DNA from: Pseudomonadota bacterium
GTDB lineage: Bacteria > UBA10199 > 2-02-FULL-44-16 > JAAZCA01
Reading direction: 5' to 3'
Assembly (NCBI GenBank): GCA_043798915.1
Contig: JAZDOG010000101.1
Location: 1-64,000 of the forward strand
Length of the DNA: 64,000 nucleotides
Each line of letters starts with the position of its first letter. Position 1 is the stretch's first letter. Below, one piece after another: positions 1 to 9,699 of this stretch. The translations under genes were made by a program, and so were the position numbers. The notes beneath the pieces were generated by a model that was not told the origin of the DNA, did no database searches, and worked only from the letters and a program-made list of their open reading frames with translations.

Positions 1-2
1 TC

Positions 3-923
3 AGGAAGCTGGGCGGCCTGCACCGCTTCATGCACTGGGAGAGGCCCATCCTGACCGATAGCGGAGGCTATCAGATATTCTCGCTCGCCGATCTCCGCCG
101 AAAGTTCACGGAGGACGGCGTCGAATTCCAGAGCCACATCGATGGAGGCGAGCGCCATTTTTTGAGCCCCGAACTCGCGATCGAGATACAGGAGGCCCTG
201 GGCAGCGACATCATGATGGTCCTGGACGAGTGCACGCCCTATCCGGCCGACGAGTCCGCTGCGCGCGAGTCGATGGAGCTCTCGCTTCGATGGGCCGCAA
301 GATGCCTTACGGCGCGCACATCTTCGAATGCCTTGTTCGGCATTGTGCAGGGCGGGATGCATCCGCACTTGAGGAGGGAGTATATTGAGAGGATTCGGGA
401 CTCGAAGCCCGGGACTCGAGTCTCGGATTTTGACGGTTATGCCATCGGCGGCCTCTCCGTGGGCGAGCCGATTCCGCTCATGTATGAGATGGCCGGCATC
501 TGCACTTCGCTGCTTCCGGAGGACAAGCCGCGCTATCTCATGGGGGTTGGAACGCCGGAGGATATCGTCGAGTGCATCGACCTCGGGGTGGACATGTTCG
601 ATTGCGTCATGCCCACGCGCCATGCCCGAAACGGCACGCTCATCACGTCGTCGGGGGACTTAAACATTGAGAATGCCCGCTTCGCCGACGACAGCGGTCC
701 CATCGACGCGGGGTGCTCCTGCTACGCATGTCTCAATTACAACCGCGCCTATCTCCGGCATCTCTTCCAATCCAGGGAGATTCTGGCGGCCAGGCTCGCC
801 ACACTTCACAATTTACAATTCTATTTCGATCTGGTAGGTGGGGCTGCTCTTGCGATTGAGGAAGGCAGATACCCGGATTTTAAAAGGAATTTTCTCACCA
901 AACGAAAGGAGCAGGTATGTTGA
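3..923 (+). CDS. tgt: tRNA-guanine transglycosylase (5' end outside window)
   Basis: ILTDSGGYQIFSL, GIVQGG, YAIGGLSVGE, YLMGVG, DMFDCVMPTR and the C-x-C-x2-C/H zinc site; upstream of yajC-secDF. Confidence 0.97.
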   Translation, partial: RKLGGLHRFMHWERPILTDSGGYQIFSLADLRRKFTEDGVEFQSHIDGGERHFLSPELAIEIQEALGSDIMMVLDECTPYPADESAARESMELSLRWAARCLTARTSSNALFGIVQGGMHPHLRREYIERIRDSKPGTRVSDFDGYAIGGLSVGEPIPLMYEMAGICTSLLPEDKPRYLMGVGTPEDIVECIDLGVDMFDCVMPTRHARNGTLITSSGDLNIENARFADDSGPIDAGCSCYACLNYNRAYLRHLFQSREILAARLATLHNLQFYFDLVGGAALAIEEGRYPDFKRNFLTKRKEQVC

Positions 924-1264
924 TGAACTTAGGGCTGACAGCGGTTCTCGCGATGGCTGCCTCACCGGGCGGCGGCGCCGGCGGATCGCAGCAGGGAAAC
1001 ATGCTGACGTCGCTCGTGCCGCTGGCCGTCATCTTCGCCATATTCTACTTCCTGATGATCCGCCCGCAGCAGAAGCAGCAGAAGAAACACCGCGAAATGC
1101 TCTCGACGATCAAGAAGGGGGACCGCGTCGTCACTCGCGGGGGCCTCATCGGCACTGTCTATGGCATAGCCGAAAATATCGTCACGCTCGAGGTGGCCGA
1201 GAACGTCCGGGTCAAGTTCAACCGCGACGCGATCTCCGGGGTGCAGACGGAGAGCGGCCAATAA
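917..1264 (+). CDS. yajC: Preprotein translocase subunit YajC
   Basis: FYFLMIRPQQK...KGDRVVTRGGLIG motif; tgt-yajC-secD-secF order. Confidence 0.95.
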   Translation: MLMNLGLTAVLAMAASPGGGAGGSQQGNMLTSLVPLAVIFAIFYFLMIRPQQKQQKKHREMLSTIKKGDRVVTRGGLIGTVYGIAENIVTLEVAENVRVKFNRDAISGVQTESGQ

Positions 1265-1267
1265 ATT

Positions 1268-3001
1268 ATGCCCAGCTCATGGAAATGGAAAGTATGGCTT
1301 CTGGCGGCGCTCTCTGTGATCTCCGTTTATCTCCTCGTGCCAACGCTCTTTGGCTTTGCAGCGAAGAAAGAAGCTGCGGAGACTGAGGGAAGGGCTCTCC
1401 CGTGGTACTTCGCGGTCTTCCCGGAGAAGGGGATCAATCTGGGCCTCGATCTGCGCGGCGGCATCTATCTCGAGTTCGAGGTGGAGGCTGACAAGGCCGT
1501 TACGAACAAGGTCGACTCATTCGTCTCAGACTTCGAGCGCATCCTCAAAAAGGATGGGGTGCAGTTTGAATCGGTGAAGCAGGACGTCCGGACGCACACC
1601 ATCGTTATCACCGGCCTTTCCGGCGACGGCGCCGACAAGGTCTCATCCTATGCGCGCGAGTACTACGACCAGATGCTCGTCAAGGTCCCCACGTCGGCGG
1701 GCGCTTCATCCATCACCTTCGGTCTCACCGACAAGTCTCTGGATGACCTTCGCGACAAGATATCCAGACAGGCGCTCGAGAAGGTGCGAAACCGCATCGA
1801 TCGCTATGGAGTTGCGGAGCCGACGATCCAGCGCCTGGGCTCGAACCGCATCGCCGTGGAGCTCCCCGGCATGAAGGATCCGGACCGCGCCATCGGCCTC
1901 ATCAAGAAGGCCGGCCAGCTCGAATTCAAGATCGTGGACGAGACGATAGCCGATCCGGACCTGAAGACCATGGTTGCAGAGGCGCGCAAGGAAGGCAGCC
2001 TTCCTGACGACTACACATCCAGGACGATCGACCGTATAAACGAGCTTCTGCGCTCCAAGATTCCGGAGGACGATGAGATCGCGTTCGAGACGCAGTACGA
2101 TCCGGTGGCCAAGAAGGTCGTCGGCGGGGTCCCGTACCTCCTGCATCGCAAGGCTGAGGTGACCGGCGAGATGCTCAAGAGCGCGCAGGTGAACGTCAAC
2201 AACAACGAGCCCTACGTCGGCCTCGCGTTCGACGCTCAGGGGAGCACCCTCTTCGGCGAGACAACCACAAAGAACGTCAACAAGAAGATGGCCATCCTCT
2301 TGGACGGCACGGTGACCAAGGCCCCCGTCATCCGCGAGCCGATTTTGGGCGGACAGGCGCAGATCACGCTCGGATATGGCAACTATTCGAACCTCCTCAA
2401 GGAGGCCGAGGACCTGACGCTCGTGCTCCAGGAGGGCGCGCTGCCCGCGCAGCTCACCGAAGCGACGAAGACCGTCGTGGGCCCGTCGTTGGGCGCCGAT
2501 TCCATACACAAGGGCGTTCTCGCCACCCTCATCGGCGCTTTCATCGTGTGCGTCTTCATGGTCGTCTATTACAAGGGGTCGGGCGCCATTGCGGATACCG
2601 CGCTGGTGCTCAATTTCTTTTTCATCCTTGCTGCGCTGTCGCTCCTTCAGGCGACGCTCACGCTCCCTGGCATTGCGGGCATAGCCCTCACTCTGGGAAT
2701 GGCGGTGGACGCCAACGTCCTCATCAACGAGCGCATACGCGAGGAGCTTCGCGCGGGCAAGTCTGCCAGGGCCGCAGTGGACGCTGGCTACAGCAATGCC
2801 ATGAGGGCGATCATCGACTCCAACGTCACAACGCTCATCGCCGGGGTCGTCCTCTACCAGTTCGGCACCGGTCCTATAAAGGGCTTTGCTATCACGCTGA
2901 TCATCGGCCTCACGATCAGCATGTACACCGCCTGCATATGCACGCGGATGGTCTATGACTGGCTGCTGATCAAGAGGAAGATAACGAGAATAAGCGTATA
3001 G
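1268..3001 (+). CDS. secD: Protein translocase subunit SecD
   Basis: LGLDLRGG, RNRIDRYGVAEP, VGPSLG, GMAVDANVLINERIREE, GTGPIKGFA. Confidence 0.97.
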   Translation: MPSSWKWKVWLLAALSVISVYLLVPTLFGFAAKKEAAETEGRALPWYFAVFPEKGINLGLDLRGGIYLEFEVEADKAVTNKVDSFVSDFERILKKDGVQFESVKQDVRTHTIVITGLSGDGADKVSSYAREYYDQMLVKVPTSAGASSITFGLTDKSLDDLRDKISRQALEKVRNRIDRYGVAEPTIQRLGSNRIAVELPGMKDPDRAIGLIKKAGQLEFKIVDETIADPDLKTMVAEARKEGSLPDDYTSRTIDRINELLRSKIPEDDEIAFETQYDPVAKKVVGGVPYLLHRKAEVTGEMLKSAQVNVNNNEPYVGLAFDAQGSTLFGETTTKNVNKKMAILLDGTVTKAPVIREPILGGQAQITLGYGNYSNLLKEAEDLTLVLQEGALPAQLTEATKTVVGPSLGADSIHKGVLATLIGAFIVCVFMVVYYKGSGAIADTALVLNFFFILAALSLLQATLTLPGIAGIALTLGMAVDANVLINERIREELRAGKSARAAVDAGYSNAMRAIIDSNVTTLIAGVVLYQFGTGPIKGFAITLIIGLTISMYTACICTRMVYDWLLIKRKITRISV

Positions 3002-3024
3002 CTGACAGCTAAAAAGGCCACCTT

Positions 3025-3939
3025 ATGAAAACAAAGATAATAATTCCCTTTATCAAATACCGCTTCATCCTCATCGGCATCTCCGCGATCTTTTTCGCGG
3101 GCTCCATCGTGGCGATAGCGACGAAAGGGTTGAACTACGGGATCGATTTCAAGGGCGGCGCGAAGCTGGAGTACAAGTTCAACAACCAGGTGTCCGAAGG
3201 GGATATCCGCCAGGCGCTCGAGGGGGCTGTCGAGGGCAGCGCGTCCGTCGTCCGATTCGGCGCGGCGAAGGAAAACCGGATGAGCATCAAAGTGGAGCTG
3301 CCTGAGGAGCATGCCAAGATCGGCGAGACGGTAACGGCGGCTCTTGAAAAGGCCTTCGGACCCGGATCTATGGTTTTGGAGAAGGAGGAGACGGTGGGCC
3401 CGCGCGTGGGGGCTGAGCTTCGCAAGAAGGCGCTGCTGGCAACGATCTTCTCGTGGCTCCTGATGATGGTCTACATCGCCTACCGCTTTGAGTTCGTCTA
3501 TGCCCCGGGAGCGCTCCTGTCGCTCGTGCACGATACAGTCATCACCGTGGGCATCTTTGCCTTGCTTCAGAAGGAGATCGACCTCACGATTCTGGCAGCG
3601 CTGCTCACCCTCATAGGCTACTCGATCAACGATACGATAGTCGTCTTCGACCGCATAAGGGAGAACAAACACCGCATTGCGCCGGCGACCATATGGGAAG
3701 TGGTCAACGACAGCATAAACTCCACTTTCTCGAGAACGATCATCACCTCTCTCACCGTGTTCTTCATCGTCGTGGTCCTCTTCCTGAAAGGCGGCGGGAC
3801 GCTGCACGACTTCGCCTTCTGCATGATCATCGGCGTGATCATCGGAACCTATTCGTCCATCTTCATAGCATCGCCGATCTACATCGGCACGTATCACTAC
3901 TGGCCGATGGTTCAGAAGTTCATTAACAAGAAGCGGTAG
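3025..3939 (+). CDS. secF: Protein translocase subunit SecF
   Basis: GIDFKGG, VGPRVG, GYSINDTIVVFDRIRE, GTYSSIFIASP. Confidence 0.97.
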   Translation: MKTKIIIPFIKYRFILIGISAIFFAGSIVAIATKGLNYGIDFKGGAKLEYKFNNQVSEGDIRQALEGAVEGSASVVRFGAAKENRMSIKVELPEEHAKIGETVTAALEKAFGPGSMVLEKEETVGPRVGAELRKKALLATIFSWLLMMVYIAYRFEFVYAPGALLSLVHDTVITVGIFALLQKEIDLTILAALLTLIGYSINDTIVVFDRIRENKHRIAPATIWEVVNDSINSTFSRTIITSLTVFFIVVVLFLKGGGTLHDFAFCMIIGVIIGTYSSIFIASPIYIGTYHYWPMVQKFINKKR

Positions 3940-3941
3940 CT

Positions 3942-4013
3942 GGGCGATTAACTCAGCGGAAGAGTGCCATCCTTACACGGTGGAGGTCGCAGGTTCAAAT
4001 CCTGCATCGCCCA
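3942..4013 (+). tRNA. tRNA-Val(TAC), CCA not encoded
   Basis: Acceptor GGGCGAT/ATCGCCC, anticodon arm CCATC-CTTACAC-GGTGG, T loop GGTTCAAATCC. Confidence 0.95.
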
Positions 4014-4035
4014 CAAAAATAGGTTGCGTCCTTTC

Positions 4036-4070
4036 CCCCTCCTTTGTAAGGAGGGGGAAGGGGAGGTAGA
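4036..4070. repeat. Short palindromic repeat CCCCTCCTTTGTAAGGAGGGG-N-AAGGGGAGGTAGA (copy 1)
   Basis: 34/35 identical to 20269..20303; related element in opposite orientation inside suhB. Confidence 0.8.
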
Positions 4071-4133
4071 TCGCTGGGTTCGAGTCCCGTTACGCGTTGT
4101 CTGCAGAATTTGAAAACTTGGTGAGTACCCAGC

Positions 4134-4207
4134 GGGGACGTAGATCAATTGGTTGGATCGTCGCCCTGTCACGGCGAAGGTTGCGGGTTCGAGTCCCGTC
4201 GTCCCCG
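4134..4207 (+). tRNA. tRNA-Asp(GTC), CCA not encoded
   Basis: Acceptor GGGGACG/CGTCCCC, anticodon arm TCGCC-CTGTCAC-GGCGA, T loop GGTTCGAGTCC. Confidence 0.95.
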
Positions 4208-4351
4208 CTGGGTACTCGCTTTTTTGTATCCTGGTCCCCCAAATAGGCCTCCTAAAAAACTTTCTTCGTCAAAAAGACGGGACATACACACAGAAATTTT
4301 GACTGTGACCTCAGTTGCCACACCTGCAACCACGAGTGAGAAAAATATCGT

Positions 4352-5254
4352 TCAAAATTCATAGACAAATAACCCGCTCGATAGCTTCGGGGCGAACCAG
4401 GTGGATTTGGGGGGCATGATGCCGCCCTGGTCGGAGAGTGCGATGATGTCGGCCATCGTGACGTCGGCCTGCGGGCGTTCCTTCGGGTCGCCCGCCCAGT
4501 CGTAGCGATAGATCTTCACTTCGTCGTCCGGGAAGAGCACTGCCGGGAAAAAGTTGCAGGGCTCGTCGCCCCTGTACGACGGGTTCTTCGCGCGCTCAAC
4601 CGCGCGCACGCGCGAGGCCGCTGCGCTCCTGTGGTGGCCGTCGGCCACGTAGAGAGCTGCAACCCGCTCGAACGCCTTGCGTATGTCATCCGTCGCACTT
4701 GCCCGCCACAGGACGTGCCTCACGCCCTCCTTGTCTGTCACGTCGAAGAGCGGCTGCCCTCTCGCTCCTTCGGCCAGAAGGCGCTTTGTCGCCGCATCTG
4801 ACCGGAATACGAGAATCACCGGCTCCGCATGCGCCCCGATCGTGCAGGCGAAGCAAGTGCGGTCGTCCTCCTTGGGCTTGCGCGTCTTCTCGTGCTGCTT
4901 TATCTTCCCGGAGTCATATTCGTCCACAGATGCGCCGCAGACGAGGCCGGTCTGGACGTGTCCTCGATCTTCGAGCCTGTAGATATAAAAAGACGTCTGG
5001 TCGGGGAGGAGCCATCCCTCTTTTTTGAAGTTCTCATAGTTCTCGCGCGCCCTCGCATAGACGCGGTCGTCGTGCTCATCTATGTCCCCCGGCAGATCCA
5101 CCTCCGCCCTCGTCACGCGCAGGAGCGAACAGGGATTGCCGGAGACGAAGGCCCGCGCTTCATCGGCCGTTATGACATCGTATGGAGGGCATGCGATCCT
5201 GTGGACGAGAGATGCCTTTGGCAAAAGCGCCGGGAACGGAATTATCTTTGACAT
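4352..5254 (-). CDS. DUF1015 family protein (short variant)
   Basis: CPPYDVI, IKQHEKT, LYVADGHHRSAAA, MPPKSTWF motifs; next to serC/serA; start re-chosen at MSKIIPF. Confidence 0.85.
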   Translation of the reverse strand: MSKIIPFPALLPKASLVHRIACPPYDVITADEARAFVSGNPCSLLRVTRAEVDLPGDIDEHDDRVYARARENYENFKKEGWLLPDQTSFYIYRLEDRGHVQTGLVCGASVDEYDSGKIKQHEKTRKPKEDDRTCFACTIGAHAEPVILVFRSDAATKRLLAEGARGQPLFDVTDKEGVRHVLWRASATDDIRKAFERVAALYVADGHHRSAAASRVRAVERAKNPSYRGDEPCNFFPAVLFPDDEVKIYRYDWAGDPKERPQADVTMADIIALSDQGGIMPPKSTWFAPKLSSGLFVYEF

Positions 5255-5282
5255 GTCGCCGACTATAAATAAGATTCCGCCC

Positions 5283-6356
5283 ATGTCAACCAACCGCGTA
5301 TATAACTTCAACGCTGGCCCAGCTTGCCTTCCGCTCGAGGTGGTCGAGCAGGTGCGCGACGGCTTCATGGATTTCGGGGGGATGTCCGTCCTTGAGATCA
5401 GCCACCGCTCCAAGGCCTTCGAGGCGGTCCTCGACGAGGCACGCTCGCTCGTCGCGGAGCTCATGGGCGTGCCGAAGGGCTACCACATCCTCTTCCTCCA
5501 GGGCGGCGCGTCGCTCCAGTTCGCGATGGTCCCGATGAACCTCATGGGGGAGACCGCAGACTATGCGGTGACGGGATACTGGGCCAAGAAGGCCTTCGCA
5601 GAGTCGAAGCTCGTGGGCAGCCCGCGAATTGCGTTCTCCTCCGAAGAGACGGGCTTCGACCGCACCCCCGCGCCCTCTGAAATCAAGGTGAATGACGGCG
5701 CGAGCTACGTGCATATCACGACCAACAACACGATCTGCGGCACGCAGTACCGGGCATTCCCTGATACGGGCGGAGTTCCTCTCGTGGCCGACATGTCATC
5801 GGATATCATGTCCAGAGATGTCGACGTGTCCAGGTTCGGGCTGATCTATGCCGGGGCCCAGAAGAATATCGGGCCTGCGGGCGTCACGATGGTGATTATA
5901 CGCGACGATCTAGCGAAGGCGGCCGCAAGGCCCCTCCCGGCGATGCTTAAATATTCCACGCACGCCGATGGCGGGTCGCTCTTCAACACGCCGCCGGTCT
6001 TCGCAATATATGTGACGATGCTGATGCTCAGATGGGTCAAGCGCCAGGGCGGGTTGACCGCAATGGAGCGGGCAAACGAGGAGAAGGCGGCTCTCCTCTA
6101 CGATGCCATTGACCGCTCGAGCTTCTACAAAAGCAGAGTCGAGAAAAACAGCCGCTCGCGCATGAATGTGGTCTTCACGCTCCCTGACGAGGAGCTCACC
6201 AAGCGCTTCCTGGCGCTGGCCGGGGAGCGGGGGATGGTGGGGCTCAAGGGCCACCGCTCGGTCGGAGGCATCCGGGCCTCGATCTACAACGCCTTCCCGC
6301 GCGAAGGCGTCGAGGCGCTGGTGCAACTCATGAAGGAATTCGAAGCGAACGCGTGA
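5283..6356 (+). CDS. serC: Phosphoserine aminotransferase
   Basis: VYNFNAGPA, EISHRS, FLQGGAS, YAGAQKNIGPAG, GHRSVGGIRASIYNA; start at MSTNRVYNF. Confidence 0.97.
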   Translation: MSTNRVYNFNAGPACLPLEVVEQVRDGFMDFGGMSVLEISHRSKAFEAVLDEARSLVAELMGVPKGYHILFLQGGASLQFAMVPMNLMGETADYAVTGYWAKKAFAESKLVGSPRIAFSSEETGFDRTPAPSEIKVNDGASYVHITTNNTICGTQYRAFPDTGGVPLVADMSSDIMSRDVDVSRFGLIYAGAQKNIGPAGVTMVIIRDDLAKAAARPLPAMLKYSTHADGGSLFNTPPVFAIYVTMLMLRWVKRQGGLTAMERANEEKAALLYDAIDRSSFYKSRVEKNSRSRMNVVFTLPDEELTKRFLALAGERGMVGLKGHRSVGGIRASIYNAFPREGVEALVQLMKEFEANA

Positions 6357-6379
6357 ACGCAAAGAGCCAAGGAGATATA

Positions 6380-7948
6380 ATGGCACACAAGATCCTTTGC
6401 ACGGATGGCTTTGCCCAGGCCGGCATAGACGAGCTCAAGGGGTTTCCGTCCGTCGAGGCGGTGAACGAGAAATCGCTCTCGCATGAGGAACTCCTCGCAA
6501 AGATTCCTTCTTTCGACGGCCTCATCGTGCGCAGTGCTTCCAAAGTGGGCAGAGACGTCATCGAGTCCGGGGCCAGGCTCAAGATCGTCGCGCGCGCGGG
6601 CGTGGGCGTGGACAACATCGATCTCGGGGCGGCGACGGAGAAGGGTATCTTCGTTGTAAACACCCCGGCCGGAAACACGACGTCCACCGCGGAGCTCGCT
6701 TTTGCGATGCTGCTCGCCCTCTCGCGCCACGTCCCGCAGGCTGCGCGCCTGATGCTGGAAGGCGTCTGGGAGAAGAAGAAATTCATGGGCACGGAGGTAG
6801 CGGGCAAGACCCTGGGCATCGTGGGGCTGGGGCGCATAGGCCGGGAGGTTGCGAAGCGCGCCATGGCCTTCGGGATGAAGGTCATAGCCTGTGATCCGCT
6901 CCTCCCCGAGGAGCGGTTCGAGTCCTTTGGTGTCGCCAGGGTCGCGATCGACGAGCTCTGCAAAAACTCCGACTACATCACCATCCACGCTCAGCTTACG
7001 TCCGACACGGAAAACCTCATCGGGAAGCGCGAGTTCTGCCAGATGAAGAAGACGGCGCGGATCATCAATTGCGCGCGGGGCGGCATCGTAAACGAGGACG
7101 ATCTTGCGGAAGCATTGAGGGCTGGCACGATCGCCGGCGCGGCGCTCGATGTCTTTACCGAAGAGCCGTTCACCAGGCCCGTCTTTAAGGGGCTGGACAA
7201 TATTATCCTCACGCCGCACCTCGGCGCATCTACGAGGGAGGCTCAGGACGCCGTGGCGATAGAGGCCGCCCGAGCGGTCGGGCAGTTCTTCAGCGAGGGC
7301 ATGAGCGCGGGCGCCGTGAACCTTCAGGCTGGCGCCGGGATCGAGGGGCTCAAGGCCCACATCCGGCTCGCCGGGAAGCTTGGCGCGCTCCTCGCGCAGT
7401 GCTGCCGGGGATCCATCAGGCGCATCGCCATATGCGGCACCGAGGCGACGCCCGGGATTCTGGCGCTTGCAGCTGTCCAGGGCGCGCTATCGCGAGCCGG
7501 AGGGGAGCGCGTGACGCTCGTCAACGCAGGAGCTGTCGCGAAGAGGATGGGGATCGCAGTGGCGGAGGAGATAGTCCGGGGCGGGCAGGACTTTGCCGGC
7601 GCATTCGGCGTGGCGCTGGATTCGGATAGCGAAAAGCGGGAGGCGTGGGGCGCGGTGCTCTCGGACGGCACGGCCAGGATCGTGATGCTGGACGGCTACC
7701 GCGTCGAGATCGCGCCGAGCGGCCCGATCCTCCTCATACACAACAGCGACCAGCCGGGCGTCATAGGCCGCGTGAGTTCGATCCTTGGCGACGCGGGCGT
7801 CAACATCGCCGAGATGCAGAACGTGCGGAAGAAAAAAGGCGCCGAGGCCTTGACGATCATCAGGATCGACGGAGCGATGCCGGAGAAGACGCTCAAGGAG
7901 ATCGGCGCTGTTTCTGGCGTCACGAGCGCGGCGCTCGTGGAGCTGTAG
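6380..7948 (+). CDS. serA: D-3-phosphoglycerate dehydrogenase with C-terminal ACT domain
   Basis: RAGVGVDNID, GIVGLGRIG, INCARGG, TPHLGAST, ACT motif DQPGVIG; SD GGAG before ATG. Confidence 0.96.
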   Translation: MAHKILCTDGFAQAGIDELKGFPSVEAVNEKSLSHEELLAKIPSFDGLIVRSASKVGRDVIESGARLKIVARAGVGVDNIDLGAATEKGIFVVNTPAGNTTSTAELAFAMLLALSRHVPQAARLMLEGVWEKKKFMGTEVAGKTLGIVGLGRIGREVAKRAMAFGMKVIACDPLLPEERFESFGVARVAIDELCKNSDYITIHAQLTSDTENLIGKREFCQMKKTARIINCARGGIVNEDDLAEALRAGTIAGAALDVFTEEPFTRPVFKGLDNIILTPHLGASTREAQDAVAIEAARAVGQFFSEGMSAGAVNLQAGAGIEGLKAHIRLAGKLGALLAQCCRGSIRRIAICGTEATPGILALAAVQGALSRAGGERVTLVNAGAVAKRMGIAVAEEIVRGGQDFAGAFGVALDSDSEKREAWGAVLSDGTARIVMLDGYRVEIAPSGPILLIHNSDQPGVIGRVSSILGDAGVNIAEMQNVRKKKGAEALTIIRIDGAMPEKTLKEIGAVSGVTSAALVEL

Positions 7949-7977
7949 CTCTGTCGATATCCGCTTCGCCAATCTCC

Positions 7978-9231
7978 CTACTGCCCCATGACGATGAAGT
8001 CGAAGGGAAACATGCTTCCAGCGCCGGCACCGGCGCTCGGTTTTATGGTAAAGCCATCTGTTGTCTTGTCCGAAACTATCAGCCCGGCCGTGACGACCGT
8101 CGGAGCTTGGATCGTGTAGCGGTATTGCCCTGTGACTACCACGGCATAGTTAGCGCTGCCCATCTTTGTGTTGAAGGTTATCTCGCAATTACCACCATCC
8201 GAACAGGTTCCCAGCGATACATTGGCTCCAGTTATAACCGGAGAGGAACTATTAGTCACGCTGCCCCATGCGCTGGGGTAGAGGCGGCTGTTGATATCAT
8301 TCATAACTGTTGTATTTCCGGCCGCGATGTTTTGCTGCGCTTGTGACAGGACCAGTGCATCCTCCTGCTGCCGCGTCTGTGCTTCAGAGCTGATTGCTGC
8401 CTGGAGCTGCGCTTCCGCCTGTTGCCTGGCTGTCGCTTCACTCTCGATGCTGCTCTGCAGCGTTGCGTCCATGCTGCTGCGCGCCGTCGCCTCGCTTCCG
8501 ACGCTGCTCTGTAGCGTTGCATCCATGCCGCCGCGCGCCGTAGCCTCTGCGTCTATCTTCTCATCCCTTCGCTTGATTGCGCGGTCCAGGTCCGCGAGCG
8601 CGCCCTGCAGGTCGTTCGAGGCCGAGTAGACGAGGTTAGCCTTCACGCCTATCGTCGCTGCCGACGAAGGATCCCGAAGACCTTCCTTGAAGACGATGCC
8701 GCCCGCGCCCTTTTCGCCCGTGATCTCGCTTGAGAGCTGCCTGATCAGGTCACGGTTCAGGTCCGCATACCCGATTGAGCCATCGGCGATCGCCTTGCTG
8801 TCGATTGCGCCCTCCGCTGCAGAGAGCGCCTGATTCGCGTAGACTGCATATGGCACCGAGGCTATCTCCATAGGGCTCGTGGCGGGGAAGCCGTCGACCT
8901 GTGCTTCGAGATAGCGGCTGCCTGCGGGGTCGAGGACCGCAGAGGGAATTCCGCCTGCCGGGGCGCCCTGCGCGTTGAGGCCGTTTCCGACCAGCGCTGA
9001 GACGCCTCCCCTCACCGCGTCGAGGGATTGTTTCTCCTCGTAGAGGACCTGGTCCTTTGCATCCTTGACGCGAAATGTGATGCCGACGGAGCCGTCGGCG
9101 ATCGGGTTTCCGCCGTCGTCGAAGAGCAGCGACTGGAACGAAAGGACATTGGGAACCGCCTTCGTCTCGGCCCGCGCGACGCCGCCTGCCATGACCGCGA
9201 TGAGTGCCAGCACCAGACTCACAATTTTCAT
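7978..9231 (-). CDS. Secreted tail-fibre-like/adhesin protein with coiled-coil EATAR repeats
   Basis: Signal peptide; N-terminal SFQSLLFDDGGNP...LYEEKQ...SVPYA domain; repeated 18-aa EATARxxxDATLQSSI units; beta-rich tip ending FDFIVMGQ. Confidence 0.65.
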   Translation of the reverse strand: MKIVSLVLALIAVMAGGVARAETKAVPNVLSFQSLLFDDGGNPIADGSVGITFRVKDAKDQVLYEEKQSLDAVRGGVSALVGNGLNAQGAPAGGIPSAVLDPAGSRYLEAQVDGFPATSPMEIASVPYAVYANQALSAAEGAIDSKAIADGSIGYADLNRDLIRQLSSEITGEKGAGGIVFKEGLRDPSSAATIGVKANLVYSASNDLQGALADLDRAIKRRDEKIDAEATARGGMDATLQSSVGSEATARSSMDATLQSSIESEATARQQAEAQLQAAISSEAQTRQQEDALVLSQAQQNIAAGNTTVMNDINSRLYPSAWGSVTNSSSPVITGANVSLGTCSDGGNCEITFNTKMGSANYAVVVTGQYRYTIQAPTVVTAGLIVSDKTTDGFTIKPSAGAGAGSMFPFDFIVMGQ

Positions 9232-9259
9232 ACCGACCTCCCTTTTGCGCCTGCGCCCA

Positions 9260-9697
9260 TCAGCGCACGATGAACTCCACCCTCCTGTTTTTCCTCCAGG
9301 CCTCGCGCGTGTGGCGCGGGTCCAGAGGCCTCATCTTTCCATATGACACGACCATCACCATCCGGTCGCCGCCCACGCCTTCCTCGAGGAGCTTTGCCTT
9401 CACGCTGCGTGCGCGCCTGTCGCCGAGCTCCATGTTGAGCCGGTCGCTCCCGCGCTCGTCGCAGTGTCCTTCGAGGACGACGACCGCCCCGGGATTGTCG
9501 ATCATCCATCTGGCGTTTTTCTCCACGCCGCGCCGATCTTTTTTTGCGACGACGTCGCTGCCGGTGGGGAAGTGGACGCGGGGCGAGGGGATGTCCGCCT
9601 GCGCGCCCGGATGACCCGCGGTGCGAGGATTTCCCGTCCCGGCGCATGAGGCCGAGAGCAGGGCGATGGCGGCGAGCATTGCGGCGTGCGGTTTCAC
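9260..9697 (-). CDS. OmpA/Pal-like peptidoglycan-binding lipoprotein
   Basis: Lipobox SASC; LEGHCDERGS..NMELGDRRA..SYGK..NRRVEF; GTG start chosen. Confidence 0.9.
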   Translation of the reverse strand: MKPHAAMLAAIALLSASCAGTGNPRTAGHPGAQADIPSPRVHFPTGSDVVAKKDRRGVEKNARWMIDNPGAVVVLEGHCDERGSDRLNMELGDRRARSVKAKLLEEGVGGDRMVMVVSYGKMRPLDPRHTREAWRKNRRVEFIVR

Positions 9698-9699
9698 TT

